From assembly GCA_007121015.1 (NCBI GenBank), contig SKMN01000022.1, forward strand, positions 19,027-83,026: DNA of 64,000 bases, written 5' to 3'. Numbering within the stretch: position 1 is the stretch's first letter; every line of letters begins with the position of its first letter. Both the position numbers and the translations under genes were made by a program. A model generated the notes under the pieces. The model was not told the DNA's origin, ran no database searches, and saw nothing but the letters and a program-made list of their open reading frames with translations. Source of the stretch: Coriobacteriia bacterium (GTDB taxonomy: Bacteria > Actinomycetota > Coriobacteriia > Anaerosomatales > SLCP01). Positions 9,419-18,516 of the stretch are shown here, in pieces.

Positions 9419-10276
9419 ATGGATATCGGCAGAGGATTGGGCGCGCCGTTCAGAGACGACGCATGGCTCGCGAAGGCTGCGCTCGGAGGAGTGTGGGCCG
9501 TCATACCGTTCACCGGTTTCGCCCTGTTCGGCTACTACCTCGATTACACACGCAACGTCGCCCACGGGCGCGAGACCCCGTTGCCGGAGTGGAACATGTT
9601 CGGCCGCTACTGGGTCCGTGGAGTGCTCGCCACGATCGCAGTGCTCATCTACCAGCTGCCCGCTCTCCTGCTGTTCGCTATCGGCGTGGCGCCGGCGATC
9701 CTCGCGAACGCCATCGATGGCGGCACGGGATCGGATGTGGCGGGCGCTCTAGGTGCAGGCACCATGTGTCTCGTGTTCATGGTCGCGGTCGTCTACGCGA
9801 TAGCCGTGTCGATCCTCGTGTTCGCCGCGCTCGTCAACTACGCGCTATACGAGGAGTTCGCGGCGCTCTTCGCGTTCTCCGAGATACGCGCACGTCTCTC
9901 CTCGAACGCGGGTTACTTCACCGCGTGGGTCATGTATCTCGTCATCGCCATCGTCAGCAGCATCATCGGCGGTACGATCGGCGGGGTACTGGTCTTCATC
10001 CCGGTGCTCGGATGGATCGCGTCGGTGTTCCTGTCCGGAGCGATAGGGTTCGTAGGGTCGCTGATGGGGGCCCACATCTTTGGACAGTACGCTGCTCGAG
10101 CGTACGGGCTGCCCGGTCCGCCCGCAGCCGCTTCTGTCGCAGCGCAGCCTGCACCATACTCGGCCCCACCGCCACCGCCTGCCGCACCTGCGCCGCCCGC
10201 GCCTCCGCCACCTCCGGCGCCGCCTGCCGCACCCGAGACACCGTCCGGCCCGCACTCCGACGACGAGCAGCCCTGA
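9419..10276 (+). CDS. DUF4013-like polytopic membrane protein with Pro-rich C-terminal tail
   Basis: An SD (GGGAGGGG) precedes the ATG. The N-terminal pattern FRDDAWLAKAALGG...GYYLDYTRNVAHGRETPLPEW...F..G resembles the DUF4013 family. It has several TM segments and the tail PPPPPAAPAPPAPPPPPAPPAAP. The family call is from memory. Confidence 0.7.
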   Translation: MDIGRGLGAPFRDDAWLAKAALGGVWAVIPFTGFALFGYYLDYTRNVAHGRETPLPEWNMFGRYWVRGVLATIAVLIYQLPALLLFAIGVAPAILANAIDGGTGSDVAGALGAGTMCLVFMVAVVYAIAVSILVFAALVNYALYEEFAALFAFSEIRARLSSNAGYFTAWVMYLVIAIVSSIIGGTIGGVLVFIPVLGWIASVFLSGAIGFVGSLMGAHIFGQYAARAYGLPGPPAAASVAAQPAPYSAPPPPPAAPAPPAPPPPPAPPAAPETPSGPHSDDEQP

Positions 10277-10302
10277 CGGAATGTTCGACCCGAACGACGC
10301 AC

Positions 10303-10334
10303 GAAGGCCCGCCGGTCGTGACCGGCGGGCCTTC
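10303..10334 (+). terminator. hairpin after the DUF4013-like gene
   Basis: A perfect 14-bp stem, GAAGGCCCGCCGGT / ACCGGCGGGCCTTC, with a 4-nt loop, lies 27 nt after the stop. The U tract is weak (GTCTTAT). Confidence 0.5.
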
Positions 10335-10354
10335 GTCTTATCAGTCCCGTGACG

Positions 10355-10397
10355 GGGCCCGGAGGCCACGGGGTCTACCGCCGTGACTCCCGGGCCC
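10355..10397 (-). terminator. structured hairpin after ftsZ
   Basis: An outer 8-bp stem (GGGCCCGG / CCGGGCCC, 10355-10362 with 10390-10397) encloses an inner 5-bp stem (CACGG / CCGTG). It begins 30 nt after the ftsZ stop. No U tract. Confidence 0.4.
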
Positions 10398-10427
10398 ACA
10401 CCGAAACGTCGCTTCCGTCGATACCTT

Positions 10428-11504
10428 TTAGAACGAGCGCTTCTTGAGGAACGCGGGGATGTCGAGCTCCTCCTCGGCGATCGGCTCGAACGTGGGGAGC
10501 CCAGGCCCCTCGTCTTCGGCACCCTCGAACTCCATGGACTCCTGCTTCCGACGCCGCCCCTCGAAACCGGTAGCGATGACCGTGACCCGGATCTGGTCCA
10601 TCATCGAGTCGTCAATCACAGCGCCGAAGATGATGTTCGCGTCGGGGTGCCCTGCAGCTGCGACCACCTCGGCGGCCTCGTTCACCTCGAAGAGCCCGAG
10701 ATCGGATCCGCCGGCGATAGAGAGAAGCACGCCGTGCGCGCCCTCGATGCTCGACTCGAGCAGCGGGCTCGAGATCGCTGCCTTCGCCGCATCGTGAGCG
10801 CGATTGTCGCCGGCGGCAAGACCGATACCCATGAGCGCTGAACCGGCATCCGCCATGATGGTACGCACGTCGGCGAAGTCCAGGTTGATCAGCCCCGGCA
10901 CGGTGATGAGGTCGGTGATGCCCTGGGTTCCCTGGCGGAGGATGTCGTCGGCGATCCGGAACGCATCGAGGATCGATGTCTTCTTCTCCGCCACCTGCAG
11001 CAGGCGGTCGTTCGGGATCACGATGAGCGTGTCGACCGACTCGCGGAGACGCTTGATGCCGTCCTCGGCCTGGAGTGCACGTTTGCGGCCCTCGAACGCG
11101 AACGGACGCGTCACGACACCTACGGTCAGCGCACCGATCTCCTCTTTTGCGATCTCAGCGATGATCGGCGCGGCGCCCGTCCCGGTGCCGCCGCCTTCGC
11201 CGGCGGTGATGAACACCATGTCGGCGCCTTGGAGCGCTTCTTTGAGCTCGCCCCTGTTCTCTTCGGCCGCTTGGAGCCCGACGTCGGGGTCAGCCCCAGC
11301 GCCCAGGCCCTTCGTGAGGCCGACGCCGATGTGCACTTTGTAGTCCGCGTCAGACATCAGGAGAGCCTGTGCATCGGTGTTCACCGCGATGAACTCGACG
11401 CCTTTGACGCCTGCCTCGACCATACGGTTCACCGCGTTGGTGCCGCCGCCGCCGATGCCGACGACCTTGATGACTGCAAGGTAGTTCGCTCCGGTCTCGA
11501 GCAT
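10428..11504 (-). CDS. ftsZ: cell division GTPase FtsZ
   Basis: Tubulin signature [10 protein letters not shown], the N-terminus [17 protein letters not shown], and a C-terminal conserved peptide (DIPAFLKKR). Confidence 0.97.
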   Translation of the reverse strand: MLETGANYLAVIKVVGIGGGGTNAVNRMVEAGVKGVEFIAVNTDAQALLMSDADYKVHIGVGLTKGLGAGADPDVGLQAAEENRGELKEALQGADMVFITAGEGGGTGTGAAPIIAEIAKEEIGALTVGVVTRPFAFEGRKRALQAEDGIKRLRESVDTLIVIPNDRLLQVAEKKTSILDAFRIADDILRQGTQGITDLITVPGLINLDFADVRTIMADAGSALMGIGLAAGDNRAHDAAKAAISSPLLESSIEGAHGVLLSIAGGSDLGLFEVNEAAEVVAAAGHPDANIIFGAVIDDSMMDQIRVTVIATGFEGRRRKQESMEFEGAEDEGPGLPTFEPIAEEELDIPAFLKKRSF

Positions 11505-11665
11505 GTCTCCCCTCCCGGGTCGGTGCCTGAGGCGCTACACCCTAAACCTCAACTTTACACTTACTCTTGGAATTGAACGCTCAATCTTCGCATAAACCTT
11601 ATGGTGAGTGCAACCCTCAGTTTGGAAGAAATCTTCGATCCGTGCTGCGCTGTGGTGGGTGAGGG

Positions 11666-12622
11666 TCAGTCGTCGGTATCGATGCCCCGCCACGTCGGTC
11701 TGTCGGGTGTGCGCACGTTGATGTGGACGACCCTCCCAGCCTGCTCGACCAGGATGGTGCGAGCGACCACGTCCTTGCGTTCGATGTCCTCGGCTGACCC
11801 GAAGAGGATCTCGACGTCGTCGGTCGTGATGAGCGCGGTCAAGTCGACAGACGGTGCCGACACGGCGCGAGTGGACGAGGCGAGCGCCTCGCTGATGTCG
11901 TCGAGTATCGCGAGGACGTTCTCGAGTACCTCGTTTTCGACGACCTCCCCCACGACCGGCTCGAATTCAGGAAGGTCGCGGATCACGATGAATGAGTCCT
12001 CGGGTGCGGGTGTCCGTGATTCGAGGACGCGACCCTCACCATCGACGACCCACAGCTCGGCCCCGCCTACATCCACGAGCGCGGCGGGCACCCGCTCCTC
12101 GATCGCTATGATCATCCCATCGGGTACCTCACGGGAGATCCTCACATCAGCGATCCACGGGTGCGCGAGCAGACGCTCCTCGACCTCGTCCGCAGGGAAC
12201 CGAAGGAGCGTGGCATCTGTGGGTACTGCCGCGAACTCGCGTACCTCGGCCTCCGCCAGGTGGGTGGCGCCTGTCACGACCACCCTCTCGACGGCGAGCA
12301 CGTCCGAGAGGTAGACCGTCCGCGCAGCAAGGACGATGACCACGAGTAGCGCGAGCGCCCCGAACGACCGGAGTATGGCCAGCCTGCGCTGCTGAGCAAG
12401 ACGCCGCTCCCTCGCGATGCGCTTCGGGTCCGCGGGGCGACGCGTACGCGTTCCGCGATCGGGGCGCTGTGTGGCCGCCCCGGTTTTGGTCGACGACTTC
12501 GGATCCGCGCTCCCGCGCCCGACCGGTCTGCCTCCGTCGCGTACGCGTTGCGGCGAGATCACGACACGCTTGCGGCTATCCCGTCCCGAGGAGCCGGATC
12601 TCCGGCTCGAGCCTGACGCCAT
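11666..12622 (-). CDS. ftsQ: cell division protein FtsQ (POTRA domain)
   Basis: Basic cytoplasmic N-terminus, one TM segment (FGALALLVVIVLAA), and a POTRA-like block (VVVTGATHLAEAEVREFAAVP...LLRFPADEVEERLLAHPWIADVRISREVP). It lies between murB and ftsZ. The start is uncertain: 12622 overlaps murB by 47 nt, and an in-frame GTG at 12562 is the alternative. Confidence 0.85.
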   Translation of the reverse strand: MASGSSRRSGSSGRDSRKRVVISPQRVRDGGRPVGRGSADPKSSTKTGAATQRPDRGTRTRRPADPKRIARERRLAQQRRLAILRSFGALALLVVIVLAARTVYLSDVLAVERVVVTGATHLAEAEVREFAAVPTDATLLRFPADEVEERLLAHPWIADVRISREVPDGMIIAIEERVPAALVDVGGAELWVVDGEGRVLESRTPAPEDSFIVIRDLPEFEPVVGEVVENEVLENVLAILDDISEALASSTRAVSAPSVDLTALITTDDVEILFGSAEDIERKDVVARTILVEQAGRVVHINVRTPDRPTWRGIDTDD

Positions 12623-13484
12623 ATCTGCCCATCACCGCCTCCCGCACGTCCTCGACGAGTCCGAGCACGTCGGCGGCGGTCGCCCCGCCCGTGTTCACGA
12701 TGAAGTTCGAGTGCACGCGTGACACCTCTGCGCCGCCCTTCCGCATACCTTTCAGTCCGCACGCCTCGATGAGCCGCGCGGCGGAGTCACCTGGGGGATT
12801 CTTGAACACGCTGCCCGCGTTCGCCGTCCCTACCGGCTGCGACGTCCTACGCATCCTCAGCCGCGTGTCGATCGTGCGCCTCACGCGTTCGACGTCGTCC
12901 TCGGCAAGCCTCAAGGTGCACTCGAGGGCCAACCCTCGCTGCGCGATGTCACTCTCGCGATACCCCCACTCCACCTCGTGCCCGTGAACGACGGTCAGCC
13001 CGGCACCCGGCACCCAAAGCGTGATGGTCTCCACGCGCGACCCGATCCACTCGTCGCGTGACCCGGCGTTCATGGCGAGCGCCCCGCCAACGGTGCCCGG
13101 GATGCCGGCCGCGAACTCCAGTCCGGTCAACCCTCGCGAGTACGTGTCGCGCAGCGCCGCGGCGAGTATCACTCCCGCTCCGGCCCTCAGCGTTTCCCCG
13201 TCGACCCCGTGACGCTTGAAGTCGCGACCGAGCACGATCACCGCACCGTCGTATCCCCCATCAGCGACAAGCACGTTGCTGCCCTTGCCGAGGACGACCC
13301 ACTCGATGCGCTCCTCGGCCAGGGTCTCGATCGTGCGAGCGACGTCTGAGAGCGTGTCGCACTCCACGTACAGCGTCGCCGGTCCGCCGATGCGATACGT
13401 CGTGTGCCGCGCGAGGGATTCCCGGCGCCGGACCGGACCGGAAACGGTGTCGCGGAGCGTGTCGTATGCGCGCGTCACCGACAC
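12576..13484 (-). CDS. murB: UDP-N-acetylenolpyruvoylglucosamine reductase
   Basis: FAD-binding MurB pattern (HTTYRIGGPA, LGKGSNVLV, AGIPGTVGGA, GSVFKNP). Confidence 0.93.
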   Translation of the reverse strand: MSVTRAYDTLRDTVSGPVRRRESLARHTTYRIGGPATLYVECDTLSDVARTIETLAEERIEWVVLGKGSNVLVADGGYDGAVIVLGRDFKRHGVDGETLRAGAGVILAAALRDTYSRGLTGLEFAAGIPGTVGGALAMNAGSRDEWIGSRVETITLWVPGAGLTVVHGHEVEWGYRESDIAQRGLALECTLRLAEDDVERVRRTIDTRLRMRRTSQPVGTANAGSVFKNPPGDSAARLIEACGLKGMRKGGAEVSRVHSNFIVNTGGATAADVLGLVEDVREAVMGRYGVRLEPEIRLLGTG

Positions 13485-14866
13485 CGGCGCACTCCCGCAT
13501 CGCCGATCGCCTGCAGGATCTCCGGGCCGAGAGCGGTGACGTCGCCGGCGCCGAGTGTCAGGACCAGATCGCCCTCACGAACGTTGGACGCAAGGTACGG
13601 GACGACCTCGGGCCGATGCGGCAGGTACGCGACCTTGCGGCGCCCGTCGTGTGCGAGCAACGTGTCCACGACCGTCTTGCCGGTCACACCGGGGATGGGG
13701 GTCTCGCCCGCGCTATAGACGCCCATGAGTACGACACCGTCGGCGTCGCCGAACGAGCGCCCGAACTCCTCGCCGAACGCCTCGGTGCGCGAGTAACGGT
13801 GGGGCTGGAACACCGCCCAGACACGGCGGTAGTCGAGAGCACGGGCAGCTGCGAGCGTCGCCTTCACCTCGGTGGGATGGTGCGCGTAGTCGTCGACGAC
13901 GGTCACGCCGCCGGCGGTGCCGATGACGTCGAACCGGCGCTTCACGCCTGCGAAGCCAGCGAGCGCGTCAGCGGCTGCGGTGACGTCGAGGTCGAGTACG
14001 TGAGCGACGGTGAGCGCCGCCGTCGCGTTGAGCACGTTGTGGTCTCCGGGCACCGTCACACCGGTCTGGACCGTCGAGCCGTCCGGGAACGACACGCCGA
14101 AGCGGTGTCCTCGGCCAGCAGGGACCAGGGAGTCACACCGCACGTCGGCCCCCTCGACGCGCCCGTACGTCACCGTGCGCACGCCGGTCCGGGCGAGTAT
14201 CTCCGTCGCGCGCACGTCTTCTGCGCACACCACCGCCACACCGCCTGCCGCCGTCTTGGCGACGAAGCGCTCGAACGTCTCCTCGACGGCGGCGAGCGTC
14301 CCGTAGTGATCGAGATGGTCGGCCTCGATGTTGGTCACCACCGAGACGTGCGGGTCGAGGTAGACGAACGAGCCGTCCGATTCGTCGGCCTCGACCACGT
14401 AGTGCGAGCCCGTGCCGCTCGCTGCGTTGGTGCCGTACGCGCACACCTCCCCGCCGATGAGGAAGGTCGGGTCGAGTCCCATGCCGGCGAGCATCGTCGC
14501 AACCATCGAACTGGTCGTCGTCTTGCCGTGCGTGCCCGCCACGGCGACGGTCGTGCGGCCATCCGCGAGGTGCGCGAGCATCCGCGCCCTCGGCCACACC
14601 TCGATCTCGCGCTGGCGCGCCTCGACGAGCTCCGGGTTCGACTCCGGGATGGCCGAGGACACCACGACGACCTCGGGCATGCCGAGGTTCGCCGCGTCGT
14701 GCCCGATCGCCACCGGGATCCCCATGTCCTGCAGCGCCGTCGTGTAGCGGGACTCTTTGAGGTCCGAGCCCGTCACGGCAACGCCGCGCTCGTGCAGCAC
14801 ACGTGCGAGCGCGCTCATCCCCGCGCCGCCCACACCGATGAAGTGCGCGTACACCCCGGCGCTCAT
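13475..14866 (-). CDS. murC: UDP-N-acetylmuramate--L-alanine ligase
   Basis: HFIGVGGAGMSALA, GTHGKTTTS, and a Mur ligase C-terminal domain. The start is trimmed to the ATG at 14864-14866, forming an ATGA overlap with the murG stop. Confidence 0.93.
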   Translation of the reverse strand: MSAGVYAHFIGVGGAGMSALARVLHERGVAVTGSDLKESRYTTALQDMGIPVAIGHDAANLGMPEVVVVSSAIPESNPELVEARQREIEVWPRARMLAHLADGRTTVAVAGTHGKTTTSSMVATMLAGMGLDPTFLIGGEVCAYGTNAASGTGSHYVVEADESDGSFVYLDPHVSVVTNIEADHLDHYGTLAAVEETFERFVAKTAAGGVAVVCAEDVRATEILARTGVRTVTYGRVEGADVRCDSLVPAGRGHRFGVSFPDGSTVQTGVTVPGDHNVLNATAALTVAHVLDLDVTAAADALAGFAGVKRRFDVIGTAGGVTVVDDYAHHPTEVKATLAAARALDYRRVWAVFQPHRYSRTEAFGEEFGRSFGDADGVVLMGVYSAGETPIPGVTGKTVVDTLLAHDGRRKVAYLPHRPEVVPYLASNVREGDLVLTLGAGDVTALGPEILQAIGDAGVRRCR

Positions 14867-15990
14867 CGCGCGGTCCTCGTCCTGCGCTGGTGGGCGCACG
14901 AGAGCAATACGGCGGTCAGCCTGCGTGCGGCGTCAGGTCTGCCGAGGGACTTCGATGCGACGGCCATCTCCTCGCGGGCGGGGCCCTCGTCGACGAGATG
15001 TAGCACCGCCTCGGCGAAACGAGGCGTATCGAGATCGCTGTCGGCGACGACGGTAGCGCCGCCGGCCGCCTCGACGTCCCGGGCATTGAGCGTCTGGTGG
15101 TCGTCGGTCGCATACGGGTACGGCACGAGGACCGCGGCCCGTCCTATCGCGGTGATCTCGGCGATCGAGGTTGCGCCTGCGCGCGCGATGACGACATCGG
15201 CCGCTGCGAGCGCCGAGCCCATGTCCTCGAGGTAGTCGAACACCCGGTAGCGCGACTCGTCATCGGCACTCGTGTCGCCCGCGTCGATGCGGGCCCGCAC
15301 GTCATCGACCTCCGTCGGACCGGCGACGTGGACGACGTGTACCTCAGGGCGATCCAGCAGCAGCGGTCGCGCGTCCACCATCGCCTCGTTGAGGTGACGC
15401 GCGCCCCTGCTCCCGCCGAACGCGAGAACGAGTACGTCGCTCTCCCCCACAGCGAGTGCCGCCCTCGCGCTTGTGCGGTCGGCCTCGACGAACCCCTCTC
15501 TCACCGGGTTACCCGTCACCTCGGCGGTCACACCCTTCCTGACCGCAGGGACCGAGTCGGGATACGTGACCGCGATGGCGCACGCCCACCGGGCAAGCAG
15601 TCGGTTCGCCATGCCTACGACGGAGTTCTGCTCGTGCAAGACGATAGGCACGCGCCGCGCGACCGCGGCGAGCCCGACGGGGATCGACACATATCCGCCG
15701 AACCCAGCGACTGCCGAGGGACGCAGGCGGCCGAGGAGCACGGTCGCCCTGATCGTCGAGACGGCCAGGACCGCGACCGCGCCAAGAAGCGAGAGCGGGC
15801 GCGACCTGTCGAAGCCGCGCGCGGGAAGGACATGGAACATCAGACCCGCCTCGCGTGCGAGACGGGCCTCGGGGCCGGTCGCCGTTCCGACGAAGTGGAC
15901 CTCATGCCCGTCGTCGCGTAGACGATCGGCCACCGTCAATGCCGGATAGATGTGACCGGCGGTCCCCCCGCCGCTCAACACGATTCGCAC
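14863..15990 (-). CDS. murG: lipid II synthase MurG (UDP-GlcNAc transferase)
   Basis: The N-terminus MRIVLSGGGTAGHIYPALTVA is canonical. A strong SD (GAGGAG) lies 7 nt before the GTG. Confidence 0.93.
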   Translation of the reverse strand: MRIVLSGGGTAGHIYPALTVADRLRDDGHEVHFVGTATGPEARLAREAGLMFHVLPARGFDRSRPLSLLGAVAVLAVSTIRATVLLGRLRPSAVAGFGGYVSIPVGLAAVARRVPIVLHEQNSVVGMANRLLARWACAIAVTYPDSVPAVRKGVTAEVTGNPVREGFVEADRTSARAALAVGESDVLVLAFGGSRGARHLNEAMVDARPLLLDRPEVHVVHVAGPTEVDDVRARIDAGDTSADDESRYRVFDYLEDMGSALAAADVVIARAGATSIAEITAIGRAAVLVPYPYATDDHQTLNARDVEAAGGATVVADSDLDTPRFAEAVLHLVDEGPAREEMAVASKSLGRPDAARRLTAVLLSCAHQRRTRTAR

Positions 15991-17131
15991 GTTCTTTCTC
16001 CTCGCTCACACGGCTCGTGCGTACACGGGCCCCGTATGTCGATACGGACAGTATCATGCCGATGCACAACAGCGTCAGGGTCATCGAAGAACCACCGTAG
16101 CTCACGAGCGGCATCGTGATGCCCGTGACCGGCATCAGCCCGGTGACGGCGGCCATGTTCATCACCGCCTGCAGCACGATCATCGACGTGAGACCGCCTG
16201 CCAACAGTCGTCCGTACGCGTCACGCGACCCGAGCGCTATCCGTATGCCCGCGTACGCGATCGCGCCAAAGGCGAGCAGCACCGACAGCGAGCCGATCAG
16301 GCCGAGTTCTTCCCCGATGATAGCGAAGATGAAGTCGGTGTGCGCTGCGGGAAGGTAGAAAAACTTCTGTCGCGACAGCCCCAACCCCACGCCGTCTATC
16401 CCGCCCGAGCCGAACGCGTACATGGCCTGGATCGACTGGTAACCTGAGCCCAGCGGGTCAGCCCATGGATCGACGAACGCGGTGATGCGAGCCGCCCGGT
16501 ACGGTGCGATGGCGATAAGCGCGGCGAACGAGGAGACCCCGCCGATCGCCACGGCTCCCAGCACCTTGAGGTTCATGCCACCGATGAGCAGGACGAGGAA
16601 CACAGCGCCGACGAGCGAGATCGTGGTACCCATGTCCGGCTGGAGCATGATGAGGGCGGCAGCAAGCCCCACAGCCCCGGCCACGCGCACCCAGAAGCGC
16701 TCTCCGTCGATCCTCCCGCTGCGATACTGCTGTACGAGCAGCGCTGTCACGAGCACACACCCGATCTTCGCGAACTCTGAGGGCTGTACCGTCACCGGAC
16801 CGAGCGCTATCCAGCGAGTGGCGCCCCACTTCCCCACGCCGAGCACGAGCACCGCGCCGAGACCCACGATCGAACCGGCCCACAGCGCAGGACCGATCCA
16901 CCGCACCCTGCGGTAGTCGAGCGCCATCGCCACGAGCATGATGACCAGCCCCACCCCAACGCCTGCAGCCTGGCGTTTCAGATGGTATGCACCGTCCCCC
17001 AGGCGAACGACGTCCGCCGCCGAGGAGGCCGAATACACCATCAGCAGACCGCCCGCGACGAGGAACAGGGTCGCGAACATGAGGAGGTAGCGTGCACCCG
17101 GCCCGCCCGCGTATGTGGCTCGGCCGCTCAC
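15902..17131 (-). CDS. ftsW: SEDS-family lipid II polymerase FtsW
   Basis: A roughly 10-TM FtsW/RodA/SpoVE pattern (DPLGSGYQ, LPAAHTDFIFA, PLVSYGGSS). It lies between murD and murG. The basic C-terminal tail overlaps murG by 89 nt. Confidence 0.92.
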   Translation of the reverse strand: MSGRATYAGGPGARYLLMFATLFLVAGGLLMVYSASSAADVVRLGDGAYHLKRQAAGVGVGLVIMLVAMALDYRRVRWIGPALWAGSIVGLGAVLVLGVGKWGATRWIALGPVTVQPSEFAKIGCVLVTALLVQQYRSGRIDGERFWVRVAGAVGLAAALIMLQPDMGTTISLVGAVFLVLLIGGMNLKVLGAVAIGGVSSFAALIAIAPYRAARITAFVDPWADPLGSGYQSIQAMYAFGSGGIDGVGLGLSRQKFFYLPAAHTDFIFAIIGEELGLIGSLSVLLAFGAIAYAGIRIALGSRDAYGRLLAGGLTSMIVLQAVMNMAAVTGLMPVTGITMPLVSYGGSSMTLTLLCIGMILSVSTYGARVRTSRVSEEKERANRVERRGDRRSHLSGIDGGRSSTRRRA

Positions 17132-17132
17132 C

Positions 17133-18515
17133 TCATGCGTCCTCTCCCGTTCGTGACGTTACCGCGTCCTTGAACGCGCGACCACGCTCGGCATACGAAC
17201 CGAACTCGTCGAAGGATGCGCACGCGGGCGACAAGACGACCACGCTGCCCGGTTCGGCCACCATCGCAGCAGTGCTGACGGCCTCCAGAAGACCGCTCGC
17301 TCGCTTGGAGGCGACCCCCGCGCGCGCGAGCGCGTCCTCTATCTCCGAAGCGGCCTCACCGAACACGACCGGGGTCACCGCGCGCTCCTTCACGACGTGC
17401 GCGAGTTCGTCGAAGGAGAAGCCTTTGTTACGACCTCCAAGCAGCGCGACCAAGGGAACGTCTTCGAACGCCGCGAGCGCCTTCATCGCCGCATCGGGGT
17501 TCGTCGCCTTCGAATCGTTGTAGTACTCGACACCGCCGAGCACGCCGACCGGCTCCAGTCGGTGCTCGAGGGGCTGGAACGTCTGCAATCCGACACGCAC
17601 TGCTTCCGGGGCCGCGCCGAACGCAAGAGCTGCCGCGGCAGCGGCGCATGCGTTGCCGAGGTTGTGGGATCCCTTCATCGGCAACTCGTCGCGGTGTAGG
17701 AGCCGGACCGGTCCGCTCGCCCCGGGTGCGACGATCGTCCCCTCCGCGTCCACGCCGGCACCTCCCTCCGGGACCGTCGCATGACTCACCGGCACGACGC
17801 GGGCGCCACTAGTGGCCACCGGCGCGACGTACGCAGCCGAACCCGCGTCGTCGATGCATATCACTGCGGTGTCGTCTGCGTCCAGCCGGGCGAAGATCCT
17901 CGCCTTGTCCGCGGCGTACGTTGCCATGTCTCCGTGCCAGTCAAGGTGGTCGGGGGTGATATTGAGAAGCACCGCGACCCGTGGATGAAACGTATCGGTG
18001 AGGGCGAGCTGGAACGAGGAGAGCTCGGCCACGAGAACGCCGGCGGGCCCGGAGTCGGCCACAGCGGCGATCGCGGGATCTCCGATGTTGCCAACGACAC
18101 GGGCCGGCATCCCGGCACCTGCCAGCAGGTGTCCGATGAGGCTCGTCACGGTCGTCTTGCCGTTGGTACCCGTGACCGCTATCCATGGGGCGACCGAGCG
18201 GCGGTACGCGAACTCGATCTCCGAGACGGTCTCCAGCGCAGCCCTGCGTGCCGCTGCGAACAGCGGCGCCGACGGAGGGACGCCCGGACTCATGACGGCC
18301 AGGTCGAAATCTCCGGCCACGTCATCGGCGCCGAGGAGTACCGTCGCACCGAGCGCGCGCAGCTCCTCGGCCCGTGTACGCAGCGAGGAGGAGTCGTCGG
18401 CATCGACGACCGTCACCTCGGCACCGAGGTCGTGCGCCTCCAGGCAGTAGCGGGCACACGCCTCGCCCGACGCTCCGAGGCCGACGACGAGGATACGTGT
18501 CGTGGCGGCAATCAC
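17133..18515 (-). CDS. murD: UDP-N-acetylmuramoylalanine--D-glutamate ligase
   Basis: VVGLGASG, then GTNGKTT, with Mur ligase domains and the expected dcw position. Confidence 0.93.
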   Translation of the reverse strand: MIAATTRILVVGLGASGEACARYCLEAHDLGAEVTVVDADDSSSLRTRAEELRALGATVLLGADDVAGDFDLAVMSPGVPPSAPLFAAARRAALETVSEIEFAYRRSVAPWIAVTGTNGKTTVTSLIGHLLAGAGMPARVVGNIGDPAIAAVADSGPAGVLVAELSSFQLALTDTFHPRVAVLLNITPDHLDWHGDMATYAADKARIFARLDADDTAVICIDDAGSAAYVAPVATSGARVVPVSHATVPEGGAGVDAEGTIVAPGASGPVRLLHRDELPMKGSHNLGNACAAAAAALAFGAAPEAVRVGLQTFQPLEHRLEPVGVLGGVEYYNDSKATNPDAAMKALAAFEDVPLVALLGGRNKGFSFDELAHVVKERAVTPVVFGEAASEIEDALARAGVASKRASGLLEAVSTAAMVAEPGSVVVLSPACASFDEFGSYAERGRAFKDAVTSRTGEDA

Positions 18516-18516
18516 G

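Noticed and set aside
11505-11665. AT-richer 161-nt gap upstream of ftsZ examined for a promoter or small gene
   Set aside because: It likely holds an ftsZ promoter, but no hexamer pair with acceptable spacing could be picked by eye, and there is no small ORF with an SD. I left it unannotated.
13466-15235. 589-aa plus-strand ORF. The same applies to similar ORFs such as 826..1962, 3003..4304, 22959..24413, 41464..42930 and 42909..44186.
   Set aside because: All are antisense to well-supported minus-strand housekeeping genes (murC/murG, divIVA, sepF/yggS, ftsI, accC, pycB). They are Arg/His/Asp-rich and lack conserved motifs. I treat them as high-GC artefacts.
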